Assembly (NCBI GenBank): GCA_015488555.1
Contig: WFNO01000123.1
Coordinates: forward strand, 6,627 to 70,626
Direction of reading: 5' to 3'
From: Gammaproteobacteria bacterium
GTDB taxonomy: Bacteria > Pseudomonadota > Gammaproteobacteria > SZUA-140
Length of the DNA: 64,000 bases
Positions 1 through 10,917 of the stretch are shown piece after piece. The position numbers and the translations under genes are program-made. Each line of letters opens with the position of its first letter. The stretch's first letter is position 1. The notes beneath the pieces are model-generated. The model was not told where the DNA came from. It saw nothing but the letters and a program-made list of their open reading frames with translations, and did not search any database.

Positions 1-692
1 GCGCCGGCCACATCATCACCATCGAAGACCCCATCGAATACCTGCATAGCCACAAGCGTTCCATCGTCAACCAGCGGGAAGTGGGCGATGACACCCTGAG
101 CTATGCCGAGGCCTTGAAGAACACCCTGCGCCAGGCCCCGGACGTGATCCTCATCGGTGAGATCCGCGACCGCGAGACCATGGAGCACGCCATCGCCTTC
201 GCCGAGACCGGGCATCTGGCCATCTCCACGCTGCACGCCAACAACGCCAACCAGGCCTTCGACCGCATCATCAACTTCTTTCCCGAGGACCGCCAGCGCC
301 AACTGCTCATGGACCTGTCGCTCAACGTGCGCGGCATCGTCTCCCAGCGCCTGGTGCCCACCCTGGACGGCAAGCGCGTGGCCGCCTTCGAGGTGTTGTT
401 GGGGACGCCGGCGGTGAGCGATCTCATCCTCAAGGGCGAGATCCACAAACTCAAGGACATCATGGAGCGTTCGGAAAACGTGGGCATGCAGACCTTCGAC
501 ATGGCCCTTTATCGGCTCTACAAGGAGGGACGAATCTCCTACGAGGAGGCCCTGCGCAACGCCGATTCGCAGAACAACCTGCGCCTGCGCATCGACCTGG
601 AGGAGAAGGATGCAGAGGCTCAGGGAACGGGCTTTAGCCTGCAGATACAGGAAGACGAGGAGTCCGATCACCGGCCTCTCAGTTTCGGTTGA
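1..692 (+). CDS. pilU: Type IV pilus retraction ATPase, PilU/PilT family, C-terminal part (5' end lies outside the window)
   Basis: Frame 3 is open from the window edge. Translation AGHIITIEDPIEYLH...ILIGEIRDRETMEHAIAFAETGHLAISTLHANNANQ matches the PilT/PilU Asp-box/His-box region. Stop at 690-692. Confidence 0.85.
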   Translation, partial: AGHIITIEDPIEYLHSHKRSIVNQREVGDDTLSYAEALKNTLRQAPDVILIGEIRDRETMEHAIAFAETGHLAISTLHANNANQAFDRIINFFPEDRQRQLLMDLSLNVRGIVSQRLVPTLDGKRVAAFEVLLGTPAVSDLILKGEIHKLKDIMERSENVGMQTFDMALYRLYKEGRISYEEALRNADSQNNLRLRIDLEEKDAEAQGTGFSLQIQEDEESDHRPLSFG

Positions 693-773
693 CAAAAGGC
701 GACGGAGGGCAGTGTTCGGGGATTCCGACCTTCAGGGATGTTGCGGCCTGTCATCCTCTGTCCTCTGAAAACG

Positions 774-805
774 AAAACCCCTGCCGGCGAACCGACAGGG
801 GTTTT
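774..805. terminator. Bidirectional intrinsic terminator between convergent pilU and groEL
   Basis: AAAACCCCTGCCGG-CGAA-CCGACAGGGGTTTT: GC-rich stem with one mismatch, an A-run on one side and a T-run on the other. Confidence 0.6.
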
Positions 806-829
806 CTGATGGGAAGGGGGCGGTACGGC

Positions 830-2804
<1,975 letters not shown>

Positions 2805-2920
2805 CGGTTGAAAGCCTCCCTTGTCGATGGATGAAATCGATGATTTTCAGGTTCTACTCGTCGTGTATATGCGTAAGCAATTGATTTGAAAGGCAGCTTT
2901 AACCTGCTAGCGCTTTGGCG

Positions 2921-2947
2921 CTAGCACTCCTGCCCTGCGAGTGCCAA
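2921..2947 (-). promoter_or_regulatory. CIRCE inverted repeat (HrcA operator) in the groESL leader
   Basis: CTAGCACTC-N9-GAGTGCCAA matches the CIRCE consensus TTAGCACTC-N9-GAGTGCTAA at 16 of 18 positions. It lies 2 nt downstream of the predicted -10. Confidence 0.8.
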
Positions 2948-2949
2948 TA

Positions 2950-2977
2950 ATGATAGGGGCGAAACGTGCAGAGTCAA
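2950..2977 (-). promoter_or_regulatory. Predicted groESL promoter
   Basis: Minus strand TTGACT (2977-2972), 16 nt spacer, TATCAT (2955-2950). The flanks (CTTGACT ... CCCCTATC) also resemble a sigma-32 promoter. The leader would be about 140 nt. Confidence 0.55.
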
Positions 2978-3265
2978 GGGGTAGGGGCCAAAATGTCAGG
3001 AACAAATACAGAGACGAGGAGTACTGTTGTCGGGTCTCTCCTCACTCTGGGTTCGTACAATGGGCCCCTACAAAAAGCTCCCCCGCCCAAGCCCCACCCA
3101 GAGGAAAAAAGAGGAAAAACACCAGTAGAAAATGCAGGGTACATTTTCCCGACGTCTGAGGTCCGACATCTGTTTTCTAGTTGGTGCCGGCCTAGTGCAG
3201 TGACGGCTGGTGCTGGTAGCCGACATTGTGATGCCGAGATTCCTGCGCTGCAGGGATGAAGGGTT

Positions 3266-3859
3266 TCAGTCTTCGCCGATCTTGATCACCAGGAAGTCGA
3301 TGTCGTTGCGTCTGAGTTTGCGGCGGATGGGCTTGAGGGTGTCCAATCCTTGAAAAGGGCCGATGCGGACCCGGTGCCAGGATTCGCCGTTTTTGATGAC
3401 CACGGTCTGGATGTCGGATTCGATGCCCAACAGGGCCAGTCGGGCCTTGAGTTCGTCGGCGTCGTCGTAGTCCCGGAACGATCCCACTTGCAGGATGTAC
3501 GTACCGCTCTTGTCCGTCTTGGGTAGCAGGCGCAGGGCTTCTTCCAATTTCTCCTTGGGAATCTCCACCTCGATTTGCGGCAACAGGGTGTAGAAATCGA
3601 AGCGCTTGTTTTGCTCGGGTGGTGCCGGGGGTTGGGCGCGTGTCTCAGGAGAGACTTCTTGCTTGGATGATGGTGCAGGGGGCTCTACAGTGGGCGTACT
3701 GGTTGATTGGGTCGTCTCCTCCATGGCGGGGCGCAGGAGATAGATGGCCAGTCCTGCCGCCAGTCCGATGGCGATGCCCAGCACCAGGGAGCCCCAGGAA
3801 GGCCCGCTCTGCGTCTTGCTGCGTTTCCTTTTCTTGCCGGTGGCCTTTTTGCGGGCCAT
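3266..3859 (-). CDS. SPOR domain protein (FtsN/DedD-like, septal peptidoglycan binding)
   Basis: Basic N-terminus, one TM helix, Pro/Glu-rich linker. C-terminal SPOR signature YILQVGSFRDYDDADELKARLALLG...WHRVRIGPF. ATG at 3859 lies 2 nt after the argS stop; the tracked start at 3865 is a GTG. Confidence 0.85.
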   Translation of the reverse strand: MARKKATGKKRKRSKTQSGPSWGSLVLGIAIGLAAGLAIYLLRPAMEETTQSTSTPTVEPPAPSSKQEVSPETRAQPPAPPEQNKRFDFYTLLPQIEVEIPKEKLEEALRLLPKTDKSGTYILQVGSFRDYDDADELKARLALLGIESDIQTVVIKNGESWHRVRIGPFQGLDTLKPIRRKLRRNDIDFLVIKIGED

Positions 3860-3861
3860 GG

Positions 3862-5622
3862 TCACATGGTTTCGGGGGCGCTGACGCCCAGGATCCTCAG
3901 GCCATTGGCCAGGACTTGTCGTGTAGCGAGTACCAGGGCCAGCCGGGCGTCACGCAAGGCCGCGTGCTCGACGATGAAGGGATGGGCGTTGTAATAGGTA
4001 TGGAAGGCATGCGCCAGTTCCCGCAGGTAGTGGGCGAGCTGGTGGGGCTCGTGGGCGAGGGCGGCGGATTCGATCACTTCCGGATAGCGGGACAAGGTCA
4101 TCAACAGTTCCTGTTCGTGGGGCTCCACCAGTTGCCGGAGATGGGCCAGCCCCTGTTCCTGGTTCCATGTCAGGCCTTTTTCCGCCAACTGGCGCATCAC
4201 GCTGCAAATGCGGGCGTGGGCATATTGAATGTAATAGACTGGATTGTCGCTGGTCTGGGATTTGGCCAGGTCCAGGTCGAAGTCCATGTGCTGTTCGCAC
4301 TTGCGCATCACGTAGAAGAAACGTGCGGCGTCGTTGCCCACTTCCCGGCGCAGCTCGCGCAAGGTGACGAATTGCCCGGCACGGGTGGACATGGGGATCT
4401 TCTGCCCGCCCCGCCAGAGACTGGCGAATTGTACCAGCAACACGTCCAGGCGCTGGGGATCGTCGCCCAGGGCCGCCAGTGCCGCCTTGATCCGCGGCAC
4501 GTAGCCGTGGTGATCGGCACCCCAGATGTCGATGACGCGCTCGAAGCCCCGTTCCATCTTGTCCATGTGATAGGCGATGTCGTGGGCGAAGTAGGTGGCC
4601 TGGCCGTTGTCGCGGATCACCACCCGGTCTTTTTCGTCGCCGAACTGGGTGGAGCGGAACCACCAGGCGCCGTCCCGTTCGTAGAGATAGCCGCCTTGTT
4701 TGAGGCGCTCGATGGCACGGCGGACCAGGCCGCGTTCCACCAGGCTGCGTTCCGAATACCATTCCTCGTAGACGACGCCGAATTCCTCCAGGTCTTCGCG
4801 GATGTCGTCGAGAATGGCCTGCAGCCCGAAGTCGAACACCAGACGGTAGTCCGCCTCGCCCAGCAGGGTCCGGGTCCGTTCGATGAGCGCGTCGATGTGG
4901 CGTTCCTTGTCGCCGCCGTCGGGCTCGTCGGACGGCAGGCCGGATGCGACCTCATGGGCGGGGCGGCGCAGGCGTTCGCCATGGAGTTCGTACAGGGCCG
5001 TGGCGATGTCGATGACGTACTGACCCTGATAGCCATTGGCGGGAAAAGGCAGCTGTTCGCCGCAGCGTTGCAGGTAGCGTAACCACAGGCTCACGGCCAG
5101 GATGTCCATCTGCCGGCCGGCGTCGTTGACGTAGTATTCGCGGTGGACCTGGTAGCCGACGGCCACCAGTAGGTTTGCCACTGCGGCCCCGTAGGCGGCC
5201 CCACGCCCGTGGCCGACATGTAGCGGCCCGGTAGGATTGGCGGAGACGAATTCCACTTGTACCCGCCGCCCGTGGCCGAGTGTGCTGCGGCCATAGGCCT
5301 CGCCGGCCTCCAGGATGTCGCGCGCCACTTGGTGATAGGCCTCGGGAGCGAGATGGAAGTTGATGAAGCCCGGGCCCGCCACCTCCACCCGGGCGATGGC
5401 CGGTGCAGCCGGCAGGGCGGCGGTGATGCGCTCGGCCAGTTCGCGGGGTTTCTTGCCAGCCTGGCGGGCCAGCACGAGGGCGATGTTGCAGGCGAAGTCC
5501 CCGTGGCGGCGGTCGCGGGTCCGTTCGATCTGGATCTCCACGGCCAGATCGGGGCGCAATTCACCGCTGTCCTGGAGTTTCGCCAGGGCCTGGGCCACCA
5601 GGTTTTCGAGTGCTTGTTTCAT
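3862..5622 (-). CDS. argS: Arginine--tRNA ligase
   Basis: 586 aa; [16 protein letters not shown] (HIGH region) and a C-terminal anticodon-binding domain. Confidence 0.97.
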   Translation of the reverse strand: MKQALENLVAQALAKLQDSGELRPDLAVEIQIERTRDRRHGDFACNIALVLARQAGKKPRELAERITAALPAAPAIARVEVAGPGFINFHLAPEAYHQVARDILEAGEAYGRSTLGHGRRVQVEFVSANPTGPLHVGHGRGAAYGAAVANLLVAVGYQVHREYYVNDAGRQMDILAVSLWLRYLQRCGEQLPFPANGYQGQYVIDIATALYELHGERLRRPAHEVASGLPSDEPDGGDKERHIDALIERTRTLLGEADYRLVFDFGLQAILDDIREDLEEFGVVYEEWYSERSLVERGLVRRAIERLKQGGYLYERDGAWWFRSTQFGDEKDRVVIRDNGQATYFAHDIAYHMDKMERGFERVIDIWGADHHGYVPRIKAALAALGDDPQRLDVLLVQFASLWRGGQKIPMSTRAGQFVTLRELRREVGNDAARFFYVMRKCEQHMDFDLDLAKSQTSDNPVYYIQYAHARICSVMRQLAEKGLTWNQEQGLAHLRQLVEPHEQELLMTLSRYPEVIESAALAHEPHQLAHYLRELAHAFHTYYNAHPFIVEHAALRDARLALVLATRQVLANGLRILGVSAPETM

Positions 5623-5727
5623 GCGGCAAGGCAGCGGGATGTGGGACGAAGGGGCTATTATCGCCGCTGCGGCCGGCTATGCAAGTTGGGGGTGAGTTGG
5701 GGACGGAGTACGGGTGGCGGGCAGGTG

Positions 5728-7953
5728 TCAGAACAGCTCCTGCGGATCCACGTCCAGGGACCAGCGCACCCGGCGCGCGGCAGGCGAGCGACCCAGTGCC
5801 GGGACCAGGCGGTCCAGCAGGCGGTGCAGGGGCGCGCGCCGGCGGGCCAGGAACAGGAGTTGAGCGCGATGGCGCCCGGCCAGGCGGGCCATGGGAGAGG
5901 GGGCCGGTCCCAGCACTTGTACGTCCGGCGGCTCGCCCGCGCGCCGCGCCGCTTCTTGCAGGAAGGCCAGGGGAGCCTCCTGGTTCACGGCTTCGGCGCG
6001 CAACAAGGCCATGACGGCGAAAGGCGGCAGCTGGCATTGGCGCCGTTCCTCCAGGAGCTGCCGGCTGAAAGCGGCGTAGTCGTGGCGCAGGAGGCACTCG
6101 AACAAGGGATGTTCGGGGAAGCGCGTCTGGATCAGTACCTCGCCTGTACGGGCGGCGCGCCCGGCGCGCCCCGCCACCTGCAGGATCAACTGGGCCAGGC
6201 GTTCGGTGGCGCGGAAGTCGGCGCCGAACAGGCCCTGATCCGCATCCAGGATGCCCACCAGGGTGATGCGCGGCAGGTGATGGCCCTTGGCGATCATCTG
6301 GGTGCCTAGCAGGATCTGGCGCCGCCCCCCTTCCAGGCGTGCCAGCAGGGCTTGCAGGCTGCCCTTGCGCCGGGTGCTGTCCCGGTCGATGCGCAGGATT
6401 TCCAGCCCGGGAAAATGCCGCGCCAGGGCCTCTTCCACCCGTTCGGTGCCCTGGCCCAGGGCCACCAGCTCACCCGCTCCACAACCGGGACAGCGGTCGG
6501 GGAGCGGGTGGCGGCTGTCGCAATGATGGCAGTGCAGGCACTGCCGTGCCCGGTGCACCACCAGGTGGGCGTCGCAGCGCGAGCACGTGGCGATCCAGCC
6601 GCAGGCGCAACAATACAGGGTGGGGGCATAGCCGCGGCGGTTGAGGAACAACAGTACCTGATGATCCCGGTCCAGATGGGCCTGCATGGCCTGCAGCAGG
6701 GGCCTGGACAGGCCCTGGTCCAGCGGTTGGTGGCGCACGTCCAGCAGTTTGAGCCGGGGGGGTTCGGCGCCGCCGGCCCGCTGTGTCAGATGCAGGTGCC
6801 GGTAACGCCCGCCCGCGGCGTTGTGCAGGCTTTCCAGGGATGGGGTGGCGGAGCCGAGCACCACGGGGATGCCGCTGCGCCGGGCCCGCATGACGGCGAT
6901 GTCGCGGGCGTGGTAGCGAAAACCTTCCTGTTGTTTGTAGGAGGGGTCGTGTTCTTCGTCGATGATGATGAGTCCCGGACGGCGCAAGGGAGTAAACACC
7001 GCGGAACGGGTGCCGATGATCACGGGCACCCGGCCGTCGCGGGCGGCGAGCCAGGCCGCGAGGCGTTCGCCCGCGCTGAGACCGGAGTGGAATACGGCCA
7101 GCGGCAGGCGCAGGTGGCGCTGGAAGCGGCGCACCAGTTGCGGCGTGAGGCCGATTTCCGGTACCAGCACCAGGGCCTGGAGGTCGCGTGCCACCGCGGT
7201 TTCGATGGCATGCAAATAGACCTCGGTCTTGCCGCTGCCCGTGACCCCTTCCAGGAGGAAGGCCGTGAAACGCCCCAGGGCCGTGCAGATGGTTTGTACG
7301 GCCTCTTGCTGGGGACCGTGCAACGCGGGCGGGTGATAGTCCGATACCTCGGCTGGGCCGGAGCCCGCCAAGGCGGGTGGCGGTGCCGGGATCGCGACCG
7401 CTTCCAGCCAGCCCTTCGCCGCCAAGGCGGCGGCTGTGCGGCGCCAGTGGCCACCGAGGGGGTCGAGGTCTTGGGCCTGTGCGCCCTCCGGGAAGGCCAG
7501 CAGTCGTCGTAGCAGGGCCGCCTGCCTGGGGGCCCGGGCCAGCTCGCGGGGATCCACCCGCCGGCCGGCATCCGTGAGTCGGTAGCGCTTGGTGAGGGCC
7601 TGGCGGGCAGGCTTGCCCGCGCGCAAGGGGCCGGGCAGGGCGGTGAACAACACCTCTCCCAGTGGATGGTGGTAATACGCCGCGGCCCACTGCAACAACC
7701 CGAGCATGCCGGCGGGCAGCAGGGGCTCCGTGTCCAGGAGGGCCAGGGCTCGTTTGAGGCGCGCCCGGGGCAGGGTGCTGTGAGAGGACGTGCCCAGGAT
7801 CAAGCCCACCTGCGTGCCCCGGCCGAAGGGGACGCGCAGCCGCATGCCCGGTCGCAGGGATGCGAGCGGAATCCCGGGCGGCGGCAGGTAATCGAAGGAC
7901 TGGTACAGCGGGACCGGCACGGCCACCTGGACGATGTCCTGGGGCGCATTCAT
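5728..7953 (-). CDS. priA: Primosomal protein N' (replication restart helicase PriA)
   Basis: 741 aa; Walker A GVTGSGKTEVY, DEEHD box, Cys-rich zinc region CCACGW...CSRCDAHLVVH...CHHCD...CPGCG. Confidence 0.96.
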   Translation of the reverse strand: MNAPQDIVQVAVPVPLYQSFDYLPPPGIPLASLRPGMRLRVPFGRGTQVGLILGTSSHSTLPRARLKRALALLDTEPLLPAGMLGLLQWAAAYYHHPLGEVLFTALPGPLRAGKPARQALTKRYRLTDAGRRVDPRELARAPRQAALLRRLLAFPEGAQAQDLDPLGGHWRRTAAALAAKGWLEAVAIPAPPPALAGSGPAEVSDYHPPALHGPQQEAVQTICTALGRFTAFLLEGVTGSGKTEVYLHAIETAVARDLQALVLVPEIGLTPQLVRRFQRHLRLPLAVFHSGLSAGERLAAWLAARDGRVPVIIGTRSAVFTPLRRPGLIIIDEEHDPSYKQQEGFRYHARDIAVMRARRSGIPVVLGSATPSLESLHNAAGGRYRHLHLTQRAGGAEPPRLKLLDVRHQPLDQGLSRPLLQAMQAHLDRDHQVLLFLNRRGYAPTLYCCACGWIATCSRCDAHLVVHRARQCLHCHHCDSRHPLPDRCPGCGAGELVALGQGTERVEEALARHFPGLEILRIDRDSTRRKGSLQALLARLEGGRRQILLGTQMIAKGHHLPRITLVGILDADQGLFGADFRATERLAQLILQVAGRAGRAARTGEVLIQTRFPEHPLFECLLRHDYAAFSRQLLEERRQCQLPPFAVMALLRAEAVNQEAPLAFLQEAARRAGEPPDVQVLGPAPSPMARLAGRHRAQLLFLARRRAPLHRLLDRLVPALGRSPAARRVRWSLDVDPQELF

Positions 7954-8067
7954 GGAGGGCTAGCCTAACAGAGCCGCAGCGGTCGTGTCAGTGAAATTAT
8001 CGAAGGTCTTTGAGCGCCTTTCTCAGTTTGTGCAGCTAAGTGATTGTGGCGTTATCGGGTTCGGAAG

Positions 8068-8102
8068 TTTTCCACAAAATCTGTGGATAACTTTGTGGAA
8101 GA
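8068..8102. promoter_or_regulatory. Cluster of three closely spaced DnaA-box-like 9-mers
   Basis: TTTTCCACA (8068-8076), TGTGGATAA (8082-8090, perfect TTATCCACA on the opposite strand) and TGTGGAAGA (8094-8102, one mismatch to TTWTNCACA). Box 1 is inverted relative to boxes 2 and 3. A further TTATCCCCA lies at 8239-8247. Confidence 0.55.
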
Positions 8103-8335
8103 AATGGGACCAGATGCGCTAGCTCCGCGTGAATATTGGGTTTTTGGCATTTTGGCGACAATTTGAGCTTTACCGGTATATCCAAAGAAATCAATGACTT
8201 GATAGGCGGCTGCCCGCCCGCCCCCAGTCTCGGTCCCGTTATCCCCACTTTTTTCACACAAGAGGCGGCTACTGTGTATAAGGTCGGGCGTCGAGGCGCA
8301 AAAGACTTGACAACGGGCGTGATCCGAGGTCCATC

Positions 8336-8761
8336 TCAGAAGGGTTTGACCACCACCAGGATCACGATGGCGATGAGGAACAGCACCGGGATCTCGTTGA
8401 GGATGCGATAGAACTTGTGGGAATGCCGGTTCTCGCCGCGGCGGAAGGCCGCCAGCAGGAAGCCGCAATAGACGTGGTAGCCGATGAGCAGCAGTACCAG
8501 CATCATCTTGAGATGCAGCCAGCCGGCGTGGCTATAGGCGGCCCAGGCGTAGTCCACCACCAGCCACAGGCCGAAGATCACGGTGAGCACCGCTCCTGGA
8601 GTCATGATGCCGTAGTAGAGTTTGCGCTCCATGGTCTTGAAGCGCGCATCACCCGGCGCATCCTCACACAGGGCGTGGTAGACGAACAGGCGAGGCAGGT
8701 AGAACAGGCCCGCAAACCAGGTGACCATGAAGACGATGTGGAAGGCTTTGACCCAGAGCAC
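8336..8761 (-). CDS. hemJ: Protoporphyrinogen IX oxidase HemJ (CopD/UPF0093 family membrane protein)
   Basis: 141 aa, MLWVKAFHIVFMVTWFAGLFYLPRLFVYHA..., four predicted TM helices. Confidence 0.85.
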   Translation of the reverse strand: MLWVKAFHIVFMVTWFAGLFYLPRLFVYHALCEDAPGDARFKTMERKLYYGIMTPGAVLTVIFGLWLVVDYAWAAYSHAGWLHLKMMLVLLLIGYHVYCGFLLAAFRRGENRHSHKFYRILNEIPVLFLIAIVILVVVKPF

Positions 8762-8967
8762 GATATTTATCTTTGATTTTCAGCGCATTATCGGTTACAG
8801 GTCCGGTGCGGCCGTATGCTTCGGCTGCCCGCGCGATTTCCGGGCATCGCACTCTGTCAAAGGTAGTGCAGCCTCGCGCTCCTGGCAAGAGCAGCATGCA
8901 TCACCGTCGCCCCCGGGCCGATTTGCCAGGGAATGAAACCCTTGATCGCGGATTTTTCAGAAGGTGC

Positions 8968-8996
8968 TTGACTTACGATTCGCAGGTGATTAGAGT
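8968..8996 (+). promoter_or_regulatory. Strong sigma-70-type promoter
   Basis: TTGACT (8968-8973), 17 nt spacer, TAGAGT (8991-8996), in a 390 bp lower-GC intergenic region. Confidence 0.55.
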
Positions 8997-9002
8997 TTGA
9001 AT

Positions 9003-9096
9003 TCACACGAGGGCGGGAGGGGTATCAAGCCGTCCAAGGTTAATAACAATAACTACAGCGAAACAAACTCTTGGCGGCTTCCGGCCGCTTTTTTTT
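9003..9096 (+). ncRNA. Candidate small RNA or terminator-containing leader of yqaA (~95 nt)
   Basis: Starts about 7 nt after the -10. 5' hairpin GGGCGG-N13-CCGTCC, then an A-rich unpaired stretch. It ends in GCGGC-TTCCG-GCCGC followed by T8 (9073-9096). The next start codon is 60 nt further on. Confidence 0.4.
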
Positions 9097-9155
9097 GCCC
9101 GCGCATCGGTTCCCGGTCCTGTCTGTTTCAGCCAGTCTGTTCTGTCTGTCCCCAC

Positions 9156-9602
9156 ATGGAGATCGAAAGCGATGGTCCCCTCCCCTTGTGGGGCTTGTTT
9201 CTCAGCGCCTTTCTGTCGGCCTCTCTCTTGCCCGGCGGCTCGGAGGTGCTGTTGTACGCCCTGGCGGCGGGCGGCCAATATCCCGCCTTGCTCTTACTGG
9301 GTGTGGCCGGTGCCGGTAACACCCTGGGCGGCATGAGTTCCTGGGCGGTGGGTCGCCTGTTGGCTTGGCGTGGGCCGGCGGCCTGGCCGGTACAGGGACG
9401 CCGGCGCCAACACCGGCTTCAGGCGCTGGCGCGCGTGCGGCGTTGGGGGGCGCCGGCCCTGTTGCTGTCCTGGTTACCCGTGGTGGGGGACCCCCTGTGC
9501 GTGGCGGCCGGCTGGTTGCGGGTGGGTTTCTGGCCGGCGCTGTGCTTCATCGCCGCGGGCAAGGTGCTGCGTTATGCAGTGATTCTGGAGGCGGTATCGT
9601 AA
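9156..9602 (+). CDS. YqaA-family (DedA/SNARE-associated-like) inner membrane protein
   Basis: 148 aa from the internal ATG: LWGLFLSAFLSASLLPGGSEVLL...WGAPALLLSWLPVVGDPLCVAAGWL. The upstream part of the tracked ORF covers the promoter/terminator unit, so I treat it as non-coding. Confidence 0.75.
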   Translation: MEIESDGPLPLWGLFLSAFLSASLLPGGSEVLLYALAAGGQYPALLLLGVAGAGNTLGGMSSWAVGRLLAWRGPAAWPVQGRRRQHRLQALARVRRWGAPALLLSWLPVVGDPLCVAAGWLRVGFWPALCFIAAGKVLRYAVILEAVS

Positions 9603-9652
9603 GGAAGAGTTTGGCGCCGCAAGGGGAACGCAGAGCAAAGAAAAGCGTGGAC

Positions 9653-10771
9653 TCAGCGGGACAGTTCCTCGGGGGGCACCTGCTGCAGGCCGCCGCGCAA
9701 CACATAGGCACGCAGTCCATATTGGGCCAGTACGAAGGCGGCAGCGGAACTACGGCGCCCTGTTTGGCAGACGCAGACATAGGAGATTTTGGCGTCCAGT
9801 TCACGGGCTATGCGGTGCAGGTCGCGCATGGGGATGTTGACCGCACCGGGTAGATGTCCGGCGGCGAATTCGGCTGGCAATCGCACGTCGATCCAGCGCC
9901 CGCCAGTTGCCACCAGTTTGCGGGCCTCGTCGAGATCGCACCACTGTAAAGTGGGCTGTTTGAGCAATTCGAGGAAGTCCTCTTTGGCCAGGCGCAGGAG
10001 GATACCGTCGGATCGCATGGACACCGTGGCATTGCGCGGGTTGTCTGAGATCAGGGCGGCCTCGCCGAAGGTGGCGCCGGCGCAGAGTTCTGTCACTTCG
10101 ATACTGTCTTCGGCATCGTCGGGGTTGCGAGTGACCATGGCCACGCCCTTTTCGATCATATAGAAGTAGTCTCCCTCGTCCCCTTGGCGAATGATCACGT
10201 CCCCGGCGCGTACCACCACCGGTTCCAGGCGATTGAGCAGGGCCTCGATGTTGGCGGGCGGGAGATTGCGGAAGGTGGGGGATTTCATCATGGTCTTGAG
10301 CCAGTCGGCCTTATTAATGGTGATGATGCCATCCTCGCACATCACCACCTCTTCCTCAGGCGCGGAGATCTGGCCCCAGGTGAGAAAGGTATCCAACAGC
10401 TCCTTGTCCAGCCGCAGTACCTCCACCGGGGCAGCGGCCACCGCCGTGTAACGGCGCGGCTTGTCGTCGGCTACCGGCCGGCGGGCCTCCTCGCTGCCGC
10501 TCTTGAGGAACAGGCGATCGCTGGTACCGCTACGCGACAGCTCCAGGGTGCCGCGCAGGAGATAGTAGCTCGCCTGGTCGCAATCTCCCTCGCGGAACAG
10601 ACAGACCCCGGCCTCCAGGTGTTCGCAACGGGATTGGCGGATCAGTTCGTGGAGCAGGTCGGGAGACAGCGTATTGAGGGGTTCCAGGTCCTGCAGGCTG
10701 TCGATGGAAATGGATTGTTCGGGAACCGCCATTTTCGTAGCCTTTTGGGGCGCCGCCCGGCGCATCCCCAT
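9653..10771 (-). CDS. Tandem cyclic-nucleotide-binding domains fused to a C-terminal rhodanese domain
   Basis: Two CNB-like segments (FREGD...YYLLRGTLE and IRQGDEGDYFYMIEKG...FGEAALI). Rhodanese end is IDVRLPAEFAAGHLPGAVNIP...CQTGRRSSAAAFVL. Start is uncertain: ATGs at 10771, 10765 and 10732. Confidence 0.7.
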   Translation of the reverse strand: MGMRRAAPQKATKMAVPEQSISIDSLQDLEPLNTLSPDLLHELIRQSRCEHLEAGVCLFREGDCDQASYYLLRGTLELSRSGTSDRLFLKSGSEEARRPVADDKPRRYTAVAAAPVEVLRLDKELLDTFLTWGQISAPEEEVVMCEDGIITINKADWLKTMMKSPTFRNLPPANIEALLNRLEPVVVRAGDVIIRQGDEGDYFYMIEKGVAMVTRNPDDAEDSIEVTELCAGATFGEAALISDNPRNATVSMRSDGILLRLAKEDFLELLKQPTLQWCDLDEARKLVATGGRWIDVRLPAEFAAGHLPGAVNIPMRDLHRIARELDAKISYVCVCQTGRRSSAAAFVLAQYGLRAYVLRGGLQQVPPEELSR

Positions 10772-10917
10772 GGTTTCTGTGTGCTCGGTGCAGCAGCCCG
10801 TGTTAGACTCTGCAGGCCCAGTGCAGGAGGCAGGGCAAGCGATGTCGCCGCTTTTGCTGCCTAGCGTTAACATCGGCACCGTTGCGAAAAACTTCACCGT
10901 TTTTTCCACGACCCGTC

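Noticed and set aside
7954-8335. Chromosomal origin (oriC), suggested by the DnaA boxes
   Set aside because: I see no AT-rich 13-mer unwinding element, no GATC clustering and too few boxes. The neighbouring genes (priA, hemJ) are not typical origin flanks.
9040-9100. Possible tmRNA tag-like reading frame (NNNNYSETNSWRLPAAFF)
   Set aside because: There is no tRNA-like acceptor/T-arm (no GGGG...5' end, no CCA-proximal stem). The unit is only ~95 nt versus ~360 nt for tmRNA. The peptide does not end in the usual ALAA-type tag with a stop.
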